Origin: Planctomycetota bacterium
GTDB lineage: Bacteria > Planctomycetota > UBA1135 > UBA2386
DNA: 64,000 nucleotides
Direction: 5' to 3'
NCBI GenBank assembly: GCA_965228735.1
Contig: OZ245838.1
Location: 3,008,001-3,072,000 of the forward strand
The position numbers and the translations under genes were made by a program. Positions 18,060-26,700 of the stretch are shown here, piece by piece; positions within the stretch are counted from its first letter, which is position 1, and every line of letters starts with the position of its first letter. The notes beneath the pieces were generated by a model that was given only the letters and a program-made list of their open reading frames with translations, was not told where the DNA came from and did no database searches.

Positions 18060-19199
18060 TCAGCGCAGCCCGGCGTAGGCCGTCGCCGGCACGACGCAGA
18101 ACTCGATGCGGCGGTAGCCGTCCGCCTCGTAGAGGCACCCGAGACCGCCGCCGCCGGGCATCGCCACGAGGCACGAGTAGGCGCTGCCCCCGGGATGCAG
18201 CACGTGCTGCCACGGCCAGGTCTGGCCGCCGTCCGTGCTGAGGCGCAGCGTCATGACCTCGCGCTTCTTGCCGTGCGCCGGGTTGCTGAACGCGATCAGG
18301 CCCGGCTCAGCGCCCTCGGCCCAGCGTACGCGCCGCAGACTCGCCTGACACGTCGGCTCGACGAGCGCGGGATCGTGCCGTTGGTCACGCCACGTCACGC
18401 CACCGTCGAAGCTCACGCAGACCTGGCGTCGTGACTGCGCACGGTCGTAGTTCCGCATGTTGAGCAGCAGGCTGCCGTCCGCGCGTTCGACGACCTCGCA
18501 CTCGTTGACCTGATCCTGCGGCGACGAGCCACCGCGCCGCCACGTCACGCCGTGATCGTCCGAGTAGATCACGTGCGAGTAGTACCGCTTCGTCGCCGCC
18601 TCGATGTGGTCGCACGGGATCACGAGCCGGCCCGCGTGCGCCCCGCGTTCGAGCTGGATCCCGGCACCCGGGCCCGTCGCGTACCACGTCCAGTCCGGCA
18701 GTTTGGTCGGGTCCGTGATCTCGCGCGGCGGCGCGAACGTGCGCCCGTCGTCGGAGCTGCGCAGCAGCCACACCGTGCGCGTTCCCTCCGAGGTGCCGCG
18801 GATGATCTCGGACTCGTGATCGTGGCCGAGATTGTGCGTCGCGAGCAGCAGCACGTCGCCGGTCGTGCGATCGACCACGGGGCACGGATTGCCGCAGGTG
18901 TTGGGCCCGTCGTCCCACACGACCGACACGGCGGACCACGTGCGCCCACCGTCGGTCGAACGCCGCATCAGCAGATCGATGTTGCCGGCATCGCCGCGGC
19001 CTTGGACCCGGCCCTCGGCGAACGCGAGCAGGTCACCGTTCTTGGCAGCGATGATCGATGGGATGCGATAGGTGTGGTAGCCGCCTTCGCCGCTGACGAA
19101 GACGTCGGTTCGCTGCATCGGCAGCGGCCCGGACTGGGCCGCGAGACCGGCGACGAGCAGGGACGACCAGACGAGGCTCGAGTCGAGGGCACGGCGCAT
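18060..19199 (-). CDS. Exo-alpha-sialidase-like glycoside hydrolase (GH33, BNR repeats)
   Basis: 'YRIPS' motif; Asp boxes STDGGRTW, SSDDGRTF, SDDHGVTW, SFDGGVTW, STDGGQTW; 'AYSCL'. Confidence 0.9.
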   Translation of the reverse strand: MRRALDSSLVWSSLLVAGLAAQSGPLPMQRTDVFVSGEGGYHTYRIPSIIAAKNGDLLAFAEGRVQGRGDAGNIDLLMRRSTDGGRTWSAVSVVWDDGPNTCGNPCPVVDRTTGDVLLLATHNLGHDHESEIIRGTSEGTRTVWLLRSSDDGRTFAPPREITDPTKLPDWTWYATGPGAGIQLERGAHAGRLVIPCDHIEAATKRYYSHVIYSDDHGVTWRRGGSSPQDQVNECEVVERADGSLLLNMRNYDRAQSRRQVCVSFDGGVTWRDQRHDPALVEPTCQASLRRVRWAEGAEPGLIAFSNPAHGKKREVMTLRLSTDGGQTWPWQHVLHPGGSAYSCLVAMPGGGGLGCLYEADGYRRIEFCVVPATAYAGLR

Positions 19200-19218
19200 G
19201 CCGTGATCGTCGGCCTCG

Positions 19219-20055
19219 TCAGTCGCCGCCGCAACCACCGCCGCAACCGCCACCGCCGCCGCAGCCGCTGTCGCCGCCCGCGTCGTCGAATCCGTCCGCA
19301 TCGTCGAAGTCGTGCGTCTTGCGGTCGGTGCCGCCCCCATCGACGAAGAACGCGCCGGCCCGAGCGGTGTCGTCGCCCCGCCCAGCGCGTTCGCGCCGCA
19401 CCTGCTCACGGTCACCGCCGTGCCGAACGGCGCCACGCCAGACCTGCGAAACCATCAACAGCAGGAGGGCGATGAGACCGACGGCGACGGCCGTCGCGAG
19501 CAGGCTGTCGGTCGACGTCGTGTCGCCGGCGCACGCCGCGAAGAGCAGGAACACGGCCATGGTCATGCCGCCGGCGACCACGCCGCGCGACACGACAACA
19601 TGCTGCCCGAGCTCGACTCGGCGATAGCGGGCGTAGAAGCGTTGGTCTGCCGACGGCCAGATGTCACGCGGTGGCGGCGTCCCGAACTCGCGCTCGTAGC
19701 TCGCCAGCGTGTTCTCGTACCACTCCCGATACTTCCGCGACTCCGCCGCGCCGCCCGCCGTCGGACCGTGATGCAGCGGCCGGCCGAGCACTTCCCCGCA
19801 CATCTCGTCCCAGTACGACCGCGTGTAGGTCAGGTGCAGATGCCAGCACTGATCCACCTCGTCGGACGGCGTCACCGGGTGACCGGCCGTCATCGCGAGA
19901 TAGACGAAGCGCTTGTACTCGCGCTCGACGCGCTCGGCGAACGCCAGCGACCAGCCGTTCTCGCGCGCCACGCGCTGCGTGAACGTGAGGGCCGCATCGG
20001 TTGGTCCGATCGAGAAGCGTTCGAGACGAGCGCGGAGCGTGGGCTGCGGGATCAT
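19219..20055 (-). CDS. Glycine-rich-domain / TIGR04222-like membrane protein
   Basis: 'ARENGWS...EYKRF...TPSDEVDQCWHLHLTYTRSYW...LHHGP', two TM helices and a C-terminal GCGGGGGCGGGCGG tail. Confidence 0.8.
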   Translation of the reverse strand: MIPQPTLRARLERFSIGPTDAALTFTQRVARENGWSLAFAERVEREYKRFVYLAMTAGHPVTPSDEVDQCWHLHLTYTRSYWDEMCGEVLGRPLHHGPTAGGAAESRKYREWYENTLASYEREFGTPPPRDIWPSADQRFYARYRRVELGQHVVVSRGVVAGGMTMAVFLLFAACAGDTTSTDSLLATAVAVGLIALLLLMVSQVWRGAVRHGGDREQVRRERAGRGDDTARAGAFFVDGGGTDRKTHDFDDADGFDDAGGDSGCGGGGGCGGGCGGD

Positions 20056-20256
20056 GTCTTCCTCCTCCAGGGTGTCGGGGGATGCGCGCGGTCAGCCAAA
20101 CCGCGGCGTGGGCAAAGCGTAGTGGCCGGGCCCCGCGCCGCGACCGTCACCGAAAGCACCAAGTCCGTATCGATACGGTAGTTGCGGACGGGGGTCGGAG
20201 ACCGCATTTGACGGGGATCGCTTGCCGCGACCGCAAGGATCCGTATGCCGTGCAGC

Positions 20257-21603
20257 ATGGCAGGTTCCCGCAAACGTCTCGCGCTGCATTGGTGGATCCT
20301 GATCGCGATGGTCGGCGGCGTGCTCGCCGGCCTGCTCGCGGTCTTCGCCGGCGGCGAGAGCGGCGCGGAGTTCGTGACCGCCTGGATCAAACCGGTCGGC
20401 ACGATCTTCCTCAACCTGCTGCGCATGATCGCGGTGCCGCTCGTGCTGTTCTCGCTCGTCGCCGGCGTCGCGAGCCTCAACGACATGAGCAAGATGGCGC
20501 GCATCGGCGGCAAGACGATCGCGCTCTACCTCGGCACGACGGCGATCGCGATCACGATCGGCTTGCTCGCGGTCAACGTCATCCAGCCCGGCAGCGGCAT
20601 GTCGGTCGAGGCCAAGGAGTCCCTGCTGTCCGGGCTCACGCAGAAGTTCGGCGACGAGGCCCAGGCCCGGGTCGAGGCGATGCAGGAGGTCAGCATCGTC
20701 GATCAGATCGTCGGCATCGTGCCGCAGAACCCGTTCCACTCGCTCGCGAACACGGAGATGCTGCAGATCGTGTTCTTCGCGCTGATGCTCGGCATCGGCC
20801 TGACGCGACTCGGCAAGAAGGGCGCCCACGTCACGGCCGTCTTCCAGACGCTGTCCGACGCGATCATCGAGATGGTGCACATCATCATGAAGATCGCGCC
20901 AATCGGCGTGTTCGCGCTGATGTGCTCGGTCATCGCGCAGTTCGGTGAGGACAGCGAGAAGCTCGGCGAACTGCTGACCGCACTCGTCTCCTACATGGGC
21001 ACCGTCGTCCTCGGGCTCGCTCTGCACCTCGTGCTGGTCTACGGGCTGCTGCTCAAGTTCATCGCGAAGGTGCCGTTCCGCGCGTTCATGAAGGCGCTCG
21101 CCCCGGCCCAGCTGCTCGCGTTCTCGAGCAGCTCGTCCGCGGCCACGCTGCCGCTCACGCTCGAACGCGTCGAGAAGCACGTCGGCGTCGAGGAGGAGGT
21201 CTCGAGCTTCGTCCTGCCGCTCGGCGCGACGATCAACATGGACGGCACGGGGCTCTACCAGGGCGTCGCGGCCGTGTTCATCGCGACGATCTGCAACATC
21301 GACCTCACCCTCGGCGATCAGCTGACGATCGTGCTCACCGCGTCGCTCGCGTCGATCGGCACGGCTGCAGTCCCGGGGGTCGGCCTGATCATGCTCACGA
21401 TCGTGCTGGTGCAGATCAACGTGCCGCCGACGGCCATCGCACTGATCCTCGGGGTCGACCGCCCGCTCGACATGCTGCGAACGGTGCTCAACGTGACGGG
21501 CGATGCGACGGTGGCAACGACCGTTGGCGCCTCGGAGGGGCTCATCGATCGCGACGTGCTCGCGGGCAAGGCCCCACCGCCACCATCACAACCAGCAGCC
21601 TGA
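20257..21603 (+). CDS. Dicarboxylate/amino acid:cation symporter (DAACS; GltP/GltT-like)
   Basis: 'AFSSSSSAATLP', 'LPLGATINMDG', 'GVDRPLDMLRTVLNVTGD'. Confidence 0.95.
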   Translation: MAGSRKRLALHWWILIAMVGGVLAGLLAVFAGGESGAEFVTAWIKPVGTIFLNLLRMIAVPLVLFSLVAGVASLNDMSKMARIGGKTIALYLGTTAIAITIGLLAVNVIQPGSGMSVEAKESLLSGLTQKFGDEAQARVEAMQEVSIVDQIVGIVPQNPFHSLANTEMLQIVFFALMLGIGLTRLGKKGAHVTAVFQTLSDAIIEMVHIIMKIAPIGVFALMCSVIAQFGEDSEKLGELLTALVSYMGTVVLGLALHLVLVYGLLLKFIAKVPFRAFMKALAPAQLLAFSSSSSAATLPLTLERVEKHVGVEEEVSSFVLPLGATINMDGTGLYQGVAAVFIATICNIDLTLGDQLTIVLTASLASIGTAAVPGVGLIMLTIVLVQINVPPTAIALILGVDRPLDMLRTVLNVTGDATVATTVGASEGLIDRDVLAGKAPPPPSQPAA

Positions 21604-21652
21604 CGAGCCGGCGGTTGACGCGGTTCTTCGAGCCGCGCATCGTCCTGGCCGC

Positions 21653-23365
21653 ATGCCCCCCGCCGCCGACAGCCACCGCAGCCCTGACGGTGATACAGCC
21701 ACGAGCGCGCCGCGTTGGCTCGATCGCGCGGTCGTCGGCCTCGGCCTCGGCTACCTCGTCATCGCGTTCTGGGTCATGCTCGATGCCGCGCCCAGGGTGC
21801 CGTACGCGGACACCTATCGCTTCCTCGCGACGTTCCTCGAGCAGCCGTTCCCGGCCGATGTCCTGCAGCCGGACAACGGTCATCGCGAGGTGGTCACCAA
21901 CACGATTCGGGTGCTCGAACTCGAATTGCTCGACGCCAACCAGTGGCTGCAGATCAGCGTCGGGTTCGGGCTCCTCGCCGTCCTCGGGTGCGCGCTCGCG
22001 ATGCTGCGCACGGCGCCGCGAGCCAGCCGCCCGGCTGCGGCCGGCCTGCTGATGCTCGGGCTGTTCTGGCTCGGCAACTGGCGCAAGCTCGCACATGGCA
22101 GCGAGGTCATGCACCTGACGTTCGTGTTCCTCGGTCTCGTGCTCGGTCTGCGCGCGCTCATGACGGGGACCACGCGCGGCGCGATCGCGGCGGCCGGGCT
22201 CGGCCTCCTGGCGACGCTCTCGTTCGGCAGCGGCCCGGCGTGCTTCGCCGCGTTCTTCGTCACGTTGCTCGTCCAGCGGGCCCCGCGATCGCACTGGCTC
22301 TGGGTCGCGTTCGGCGCGCTGCTCGCAGCGGCGGCCCTCTTCGGGGCGCGCGAATCGGGCACCGCCAGCGTCGTGTTCGCGCCGTTCGAACAGCTCGCCA
22401 ACCTGATGCACCTGCTCGGCGCACCGTTCGTCTGGGTGTTCTCGCCGCTGCTCGACGCCGAGCACGCCGCCCGCCTGCCGGGGCCGCTCGCGCCGATCGC
22501 CGGACTCGTGGCGCAGCCCCTCGAGGCCGCGACCGGACCACACCTGCAAGCCCGCTGGCCCGCGGTCGGCTTCGGCGCGCTCGGCCTCGGCGCCCTGCTC
22601 TGGCATTCCGGAACGACGATTCGCGCCGCTGGCACGAGCACGCGCGCCGAGCGGTTCGCCCTCGGGCTCATGTGGTTCGGCGTGACGGTGCCCGCGCTGA
22701 TCGCCCTCGTTCGGGTCGGCTACTTCCGCGTGCACCCCGAGCAGCTCACGACCCAGCGCTATCTGCCGTGGGTCATGATCTTCTGGATCGGCTGCGCGTG
22801 GCGCATCGTGATACGGCCCACGGCGTCGCCCCGACGCATCGGCTGGTTCGCGCTCGCGATCCTGCTCGTCTTCGCGCCGAGCCAGGTCTGGAACTGTCGC
22901 AACGCCTATCGCCAGTACGAAGTCGCCGACGCGACCGCCGCCGCAGCAGCGGTCGGCGTACTCGATCGCGAGTTCGACCTCACCGAGACCGAGCCGAAGG
23001 ACCTGGCGCGCGCGCTGCCGCTGCTGCGCCAGCACGGCACGGCGATGTTCGCGTGGCCGGAGACGGCCCTGCTCGGCACCAGGCCGGACGTCGAATCGGA
23101 GCCCGCCCGGAACGTGCGCATCACGCCAGTCGCCAACGCCTTCTCGGATCCGACGATCACCGGCAAGGCGATCGGCGACCCGTACTTCACCGGTCCGGGC
23201 TGCGGCGTGACGTTCGCGTTCGACGGTTCGGCCGCGCGCCTCCTGCTCCTGGACGCGACGGGGACCGTCCGCGGCCTCGCCGTGCCGGCGGGCCAGAACT
23301 GGCGAGGCTGGTGGCGCGGCGCGGCACCGCCGAACGGCACGCTGCTCGTCGCCGACCAGGAGTGA
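21653..23365 (+). CDS. Polytopic membrane protein, possibly a GT-C-type glycosyltransferase
   Basis: Many TM helices; first loop 'RVPYADTYRF...QPDNGHRE'; 'QRY' near the late TMs; soluble C-terminal domain. Confidence 0.45.
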   Translation: MPPAADSHRSPDGDTATSAPRWLDRAVVGLGLGYLVIAFWVMLDAAPRVPYADTYRFLATFLEQPFPADVLQPDNGHREVVTNTIRVLELELLDANQWLQISVGFGLLAVLGCALAMLRTAPRASRPAAAGLLMLGLFWLGNWRKLAHGSEVMHLTFVFLGLVLGLRALMTGTTRGAIAAAGLGLLATLSFGSGPACFAAFFVTLLVQRAPRSHWLWVAFGALLAAAALFGARESGTASVVFAPFEQLANLMHLLGAPFVWVFSPLLDAEHAARLPGPLAPIAGLVAQPLEAATGPHLQARWPAVGFGALGLGALLWHSGTTIRAAGTSTRAERFALGLMWFGVTVPALIALVRVGYFRVHPEQLTTQRYLPWVMIFWIGCAWRIVIRPTASPRRIGWFALAILLVFAPSQVWNCRNAYRQYEVADATAAAAAVGVLDREFDLTETEPKDLARALPLLRQHGTAMFAWPETALLGTRPDVESEPARNVRITPVANAFSDPTITGKAIGDPYFTGPGCGVTFAFDGSAARLLLLDATGTVRGLAVPAGQNWRGWWRGAAPPNGTLLVADQE

Positions 23366-23436
23366 GACGATGCACCTCGATCGATTCGGGACCACCGGCT
23401 TGCTTATCATTGCGGTATCGGTTAACTATTGCCAGA

Positions 23437-23925
23437 ATGAGCACGCATCCGCACACCACCAAACCCACCCCACCCGGCTGGCCCCGGATCTCCCCCGCCC
23501 TGTTCTACGACGACGCCGCGGCCGCGATCGACTGGCTGTGCGACGTCTTCGGCTTCGAGGTCATCCTCAAGGTCGAAGGGGAAGGCGGCCGGATCGAACA
23601 CTCCGAACTCGGGTTCGGCGACGGCCTCGTGATGGTGAGCAGCCCGGGCGGCTCGTCGGGCCGCGAGACGCCGATGCCCGGACGGAGCCCGCGGGCCGTC
23701 GACGGCGCCAACACGCAGTGCCTCGCGATCTACGTCGACGACGTCGAGGCCCACTGCGAACTCGCCCGGAAAGGCGGCGCGAAGATCATGGACGAGCCCA
23801 CGACCTCGGACTACGGCGAGGACTACTGGTCGGACCGTAGCTATCGCGCGGAGGACCCGGAAGGACACCAGTGGTGGTTCATGCAGCGACTGCGCACCGG
23901 CGGCGGGGCGACGGGTGGCAAGTAG
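23437..23925 (+). CDS. VOC/glyoxalase family protein
   Basis: 'ISPALFYDDAAAAIDWLCDVFGF...HSELGFGDGLVMV...YRAEDPEGHQWWF'. Confidence 0.9.
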   Translation: MSTHPHTTKPTPPGWPRISPALFYDDAAAAIDWLCDVFGFEVILKVEGEGGRIEHSELGFGDGLVMVSSPGGSSGRETPMPGRSPRAVDGANTQCLAIYVDDVEAHCELARKGGAKIMDEPTTSDYGEDYWSDRSYRAEDPEGHQWWFMQRLRTGGGATGGK

Positions 23926-24250
23926 CGTCGACGACGCGTTCACCGCGCTCGCGGATCCGACGCGCCGTCGGGTCGTCCGTCTGCTCGCGAAGAAGCCGCG
24001 GCGGTCGAGCGACCTCGCCGACGCGCTCGAGCTCAGCCGCCCCGCGACGAGCAAGCATCTGCGGGTCCTGCGGCGCGCGGGGATCGTGCACGAACGGATC
24101 TCCGAGGCCGACGCGCGCGAACGGATCTACGACGTCGATCCGAAGCGGCTCGCGCCCGTGCGCACGTGGGTCGAACAGGTCGAGGCGTTCTGGAACGAGC
24201 AGCTCACGGCGTTCGCCGAGCACGTCTCGCGCCGGAGGCGCGGCCGATGA
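23915..24250 (+). CDS. ArsR/SmtB family transcriptional regulator
   Basis: 'FTALADPTRRRVVRLL...LSRPATSKHLRVLRRAGIV'. Confidence 0.9.
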   Translation: MASSVDDAFTALADPTRRRVVRLLAKKPRRSSDLADALELSRPATSKHLRVLRRAGIVHERISEADARERIYDVDPKRLAPVRTWVEQVEAFWNEQLTAFAEHVSRRRRGR

Positions 24251-24798
24251 CCCGCAGCGACGGGAGTTCGCCACCCGGCGACCGCGCGCGCGCGACCGTC
24301 CACGTCCGCATCTCGCCAGCCGAGGCGTTCGAGGTCTTCACGGCCGAGATCGACCAATGGTGGCGGCGCGGACCGAAGTACCGCGCGAGCGGCCGCACGG
24401 TCGAGGAGGACCGCGGCGTGCTGCGGCTCGAACCCGAGGTCGGCGGCCGGCTATTCGAGTCGATCGACGGTCCGACCGGGGTCCGCGTCGTTCAGACCGG
24501 CACCGTCCGGGTGTGGGAACCGCCGAGCGCGCCAGAGCCGGCCGGCACGCCGGCCGGGCGCCTGGTGCTCGATTGGCGCGGCCTCAACTTCGCGCCCAGC
24601 GAACGCACCGAGGTCGAAGTCACGTTCACGGCCCGCGCGGGCGGCACCGAGGTCGTCGTCACGCATCGTGGTTGGAGTCAGATCCCGCCCGATCATCCGG
24701 TTCGCCACGGCCAGGACACCGTCGCGTTCCTCCGCATGATGGGCCTGCTGTGGGGCGATCTGCTCCGGTCGCTGCGCGAGCACGCGCACCGCGCCTGA
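24247..24798 (+). CDS. SRPBCC/AHSA1 (START-like) domain protein
   Basis: 'EAFEVFTAEIDQWW...TEVEVTFTARAGGTEVVVTHRGW'; the usual ArsR-SRPBCC pairing with ATGA overlap. Confidence 0.85.
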   Translation: MTRSDGSSPPGDRARATVHVRISPAEAFEVFTAEIDQWWRRGPKYRASGRTVEEDRGVLRLEPEVGGRLFESIDGPTGVRVVQTGTVRVWEPPSAPEPAGTPAGRLVLDWRGLNFAPSERTEVEVTFTARAGGTEVVVTHRGWSQIPPDHPVRHGQDTVAFLRMMGLLWGDLLRSLREHAHRA

Positions 24799-24845
24799 AC
24801 CGCGGCGCTACTTCTTCGCGGCCTTCTTCCTCGCGGCCGACCGGC

Positions 24846-25187
24846 TCACGTTGGCCCGGGCAGCTTGCTCGCGACGAGCTCGTAGCTGAGCTCGACGAGG
24901 TCGCGCAGCTCGGCGTCACCCGACAACGCGCTCTCCGCGACGCTGATCCAGCCGTAACGCCCGACGTACTTCGCGACCTCGATACCGGGTCGCGTGATCA
25001 GGATCGCCTGGCGTTCGAGGCCGACCTTCACCCCCATCGTGCCGCCTCCGGCTTCGACGTGGGCGCCGGCGAAGATCTTGCCGCGCACATAGAAGTGCGG
25101 CTCGCCGCCGAGCCGCGTCGACTCCTCGGTGTCCGGGAGCGCGAGCGCGACCTTGCGCACGCGCGTCAACAGGTCCTGTTTCGGCAT
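24846..25187 (-). CDS. MmcQ/YjbR family protein (C-terminus possibly frameshifted)
   Basis: 'LALPDTEE...FYVRGKIFA...AKYVGRYGWI...LVELSYELVASKLP'. Confidence 0.85.
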   Translation of the reverse strand: MPKQDLLTRVRKVALALPDTEESTRLGGEPHFYVRGKIFAGAHVEAGGGTMGVKVGLERQAILITRPGIEVAKYVGRYGWISVAESALSGDAELRDLVELSYELVASKLPGPT

Positions 25188-25214
25188 CGTTCCTCCGTTG
25201 GGCAACCGCTCTCC

Positions 25215-26045
25215 TCAGAGCTTGGCGCCGCAGTGATAGCAGTGCACCGCGGCGTCGCGGTGGTCTTCCGTCGAACAGCTCGGGCAAGACCGGGTCGACG
25301 TCGCGTCGCGCTGACTGCGCACGAGCTCCGACGACACGATCCCGGTCGGCACCGCGATCACCGCGTAACCCATGAGCATGACGCCCGACGCGACGGCCTG
25401 GCCGATACCGCTCTGGGGCGAGATGTCGCCGTAGCCCACGGTCGTGAGTGTGACGATCGCCCAGTAGATCGACCGCGGAATGCTGTCGAATCCCGACTCG
25501 CGGCCCTCGATCACGTACATCAGCGTGCCGATCACGACGACGGTGCAGAAGATCGACAGCAGGAAGACGACGATCTTGGGCGTGCTCTTCCGCAGCGCCA
25601 GACGCAGCGTCCGCGCTTCGCCGAGGAACTGCACGAGCTTGAGCACGCGGAACACGCGGACGAGCCGGATGACGCGCACCGTCCCGAGCTGGTGACCACC
25701 GGCGAAGACGAGCGCGGCGTAGGCCGGCAGCACCGCGACGAAGTCGATGATCCCGTAGAAGCTCGTGGCGTAAGCGAGCGGTCGGCGCACGCAGTACAGC
25801 CGCACCATGTACTCGACCGTGAAGATCGCGGTGAAGCCCCATTCGAGGCGCGTCAGCAGCGGCCCCCAGGCCTCGCGGTAGTCGTCCACCGTCTCGACGC
25901 AGATCGCGACCACGCTCGCGACGATGAGCACGAGCAGCGCGATATCGAATGCGCGGCCGGCCGGCGTCTCGGCCTCGAACACGATCGCGTGCAGCTTCGC
26001 GCGCAGCCCTCGCCGCCTGGAGTCGTCCGCCGCACGGTCGGTCAT
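25215..26045 (-). CDS. Voltage-gated-type potassium channel (ion transporter) with C-terminal Zn-ribbon
   Basis: S4-like 'VRVIRLVRVFRVLKL', selectivity filter 'TLTTVGYGD', C-terminal CPSC...CYHC. Confidence 0.92.
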   Translation of the reverse strand: MTDRAADDSRRRGLRAKLHAIVFEAETPAGRAFDIALLVLIVASVVAICVETVDDYREAWGPLLTRLEWGFTAIFTVEYMVRLYCVRRPLAYATSFYGIIDFVAVLPAYAALVFAGGHQLGTVRVIRLVRVFRVLKLVQFLGEARTLRLALRKSTPKIVVFLLSIFCTVVVIGTLMYVIEGRESGFDSIPRSIYWAIVTLTTVGYGDISPQSGIGQAVASGVMLMGYAVIAVPTGIVSSELVRSQRDATSTRSCPSCSTEDHRDAAVHCYHCGAKL

Positions 26046-26151
26046 GCCAGCGCCGAGCAGAGCGCAGGAGCGCCCGCGAGGCAAGTTCTGGCGCTGGCAA
26101 CAGTTCCTGCGGACGATCGGCCACCTCACGGTCACGCCCGCCGCCCCCACC

Positions 26152-26700
26152 ATGGAATCCACCACGACGCTCTCGCCCGAGCCCGCACCCGGCGACGCCC
26201 CCGACGTGTCGGGCAGCCCGACGGAGTTTCGCCTGCACCCGCGCGCGGCGGCCGTGTGGACGACGATCACGGCGGTGGTGATCGCGGTCCCGGTCACGGG
26301 CGGGACGATCGCGACGCTGATCCTCGGGCTCTACTGGGTGCCGCCGCTCATCTTCGGCCTCGGCGGACTGATCCTGTGGCTCGTGAGCCGCTACTACCGC
26401 CGCTACGTCGCGGCGCTGCGCTGCGAACTGTCCCGGCGCGGCCTGCTCGTCGTGCGCGGCGTCTGGTGGCGGACGGAGATCTTCGTGCCGCGTGAGCGGG
26501 TTCAGCACACGGACATCGACCAGGGGCCGGTCGCGCGCCGCTGCGGCATGGCGACGCTCAAGGTGTTCACGGCCGGCAGCGAGCACAGCCAGATCCAGGT
26601 CGACTCGCTGAGCCACGATGATGCGAGCTTCGTGCGCGACGACCTGATCGAGCCCGAGCACCGACCGTCGCGTGAGACGACGCCAACCGCCGATGCGTGA
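26152..26700 (+). CDS. Bacterial PH-domain membrane protein (YdbS-like)
   Basis: Two TMs, then 'VVRGVWWRTEIFVPRERVQHTDIDQGPVARRCGMATLKVFTAG'. Confidence 0.85.
   Translation: MESTTTLSPEPAPGDAPDVSGSPTEFRLHPRAAAVWTTITAVVIAVPVTGGTIATLILGLYWVPPLIFGLGGLILWLVSRYYRRYVAALRCELSRRGLLVVRGVWWRTEIFVPRERVQHTDIDQGPVARRCGMATLKVFTAGSEHSQIQVDSLSHDDASFVRDDLIEPEHRPSRETTPTADA

Noticed and set aside
24846..24848. A third Sec read-through at the MmcQ/YjbR TGA
   Set aside because: There is no Cys-motif context and the plausible continuation is in a different frame, so a frameshift fits better.
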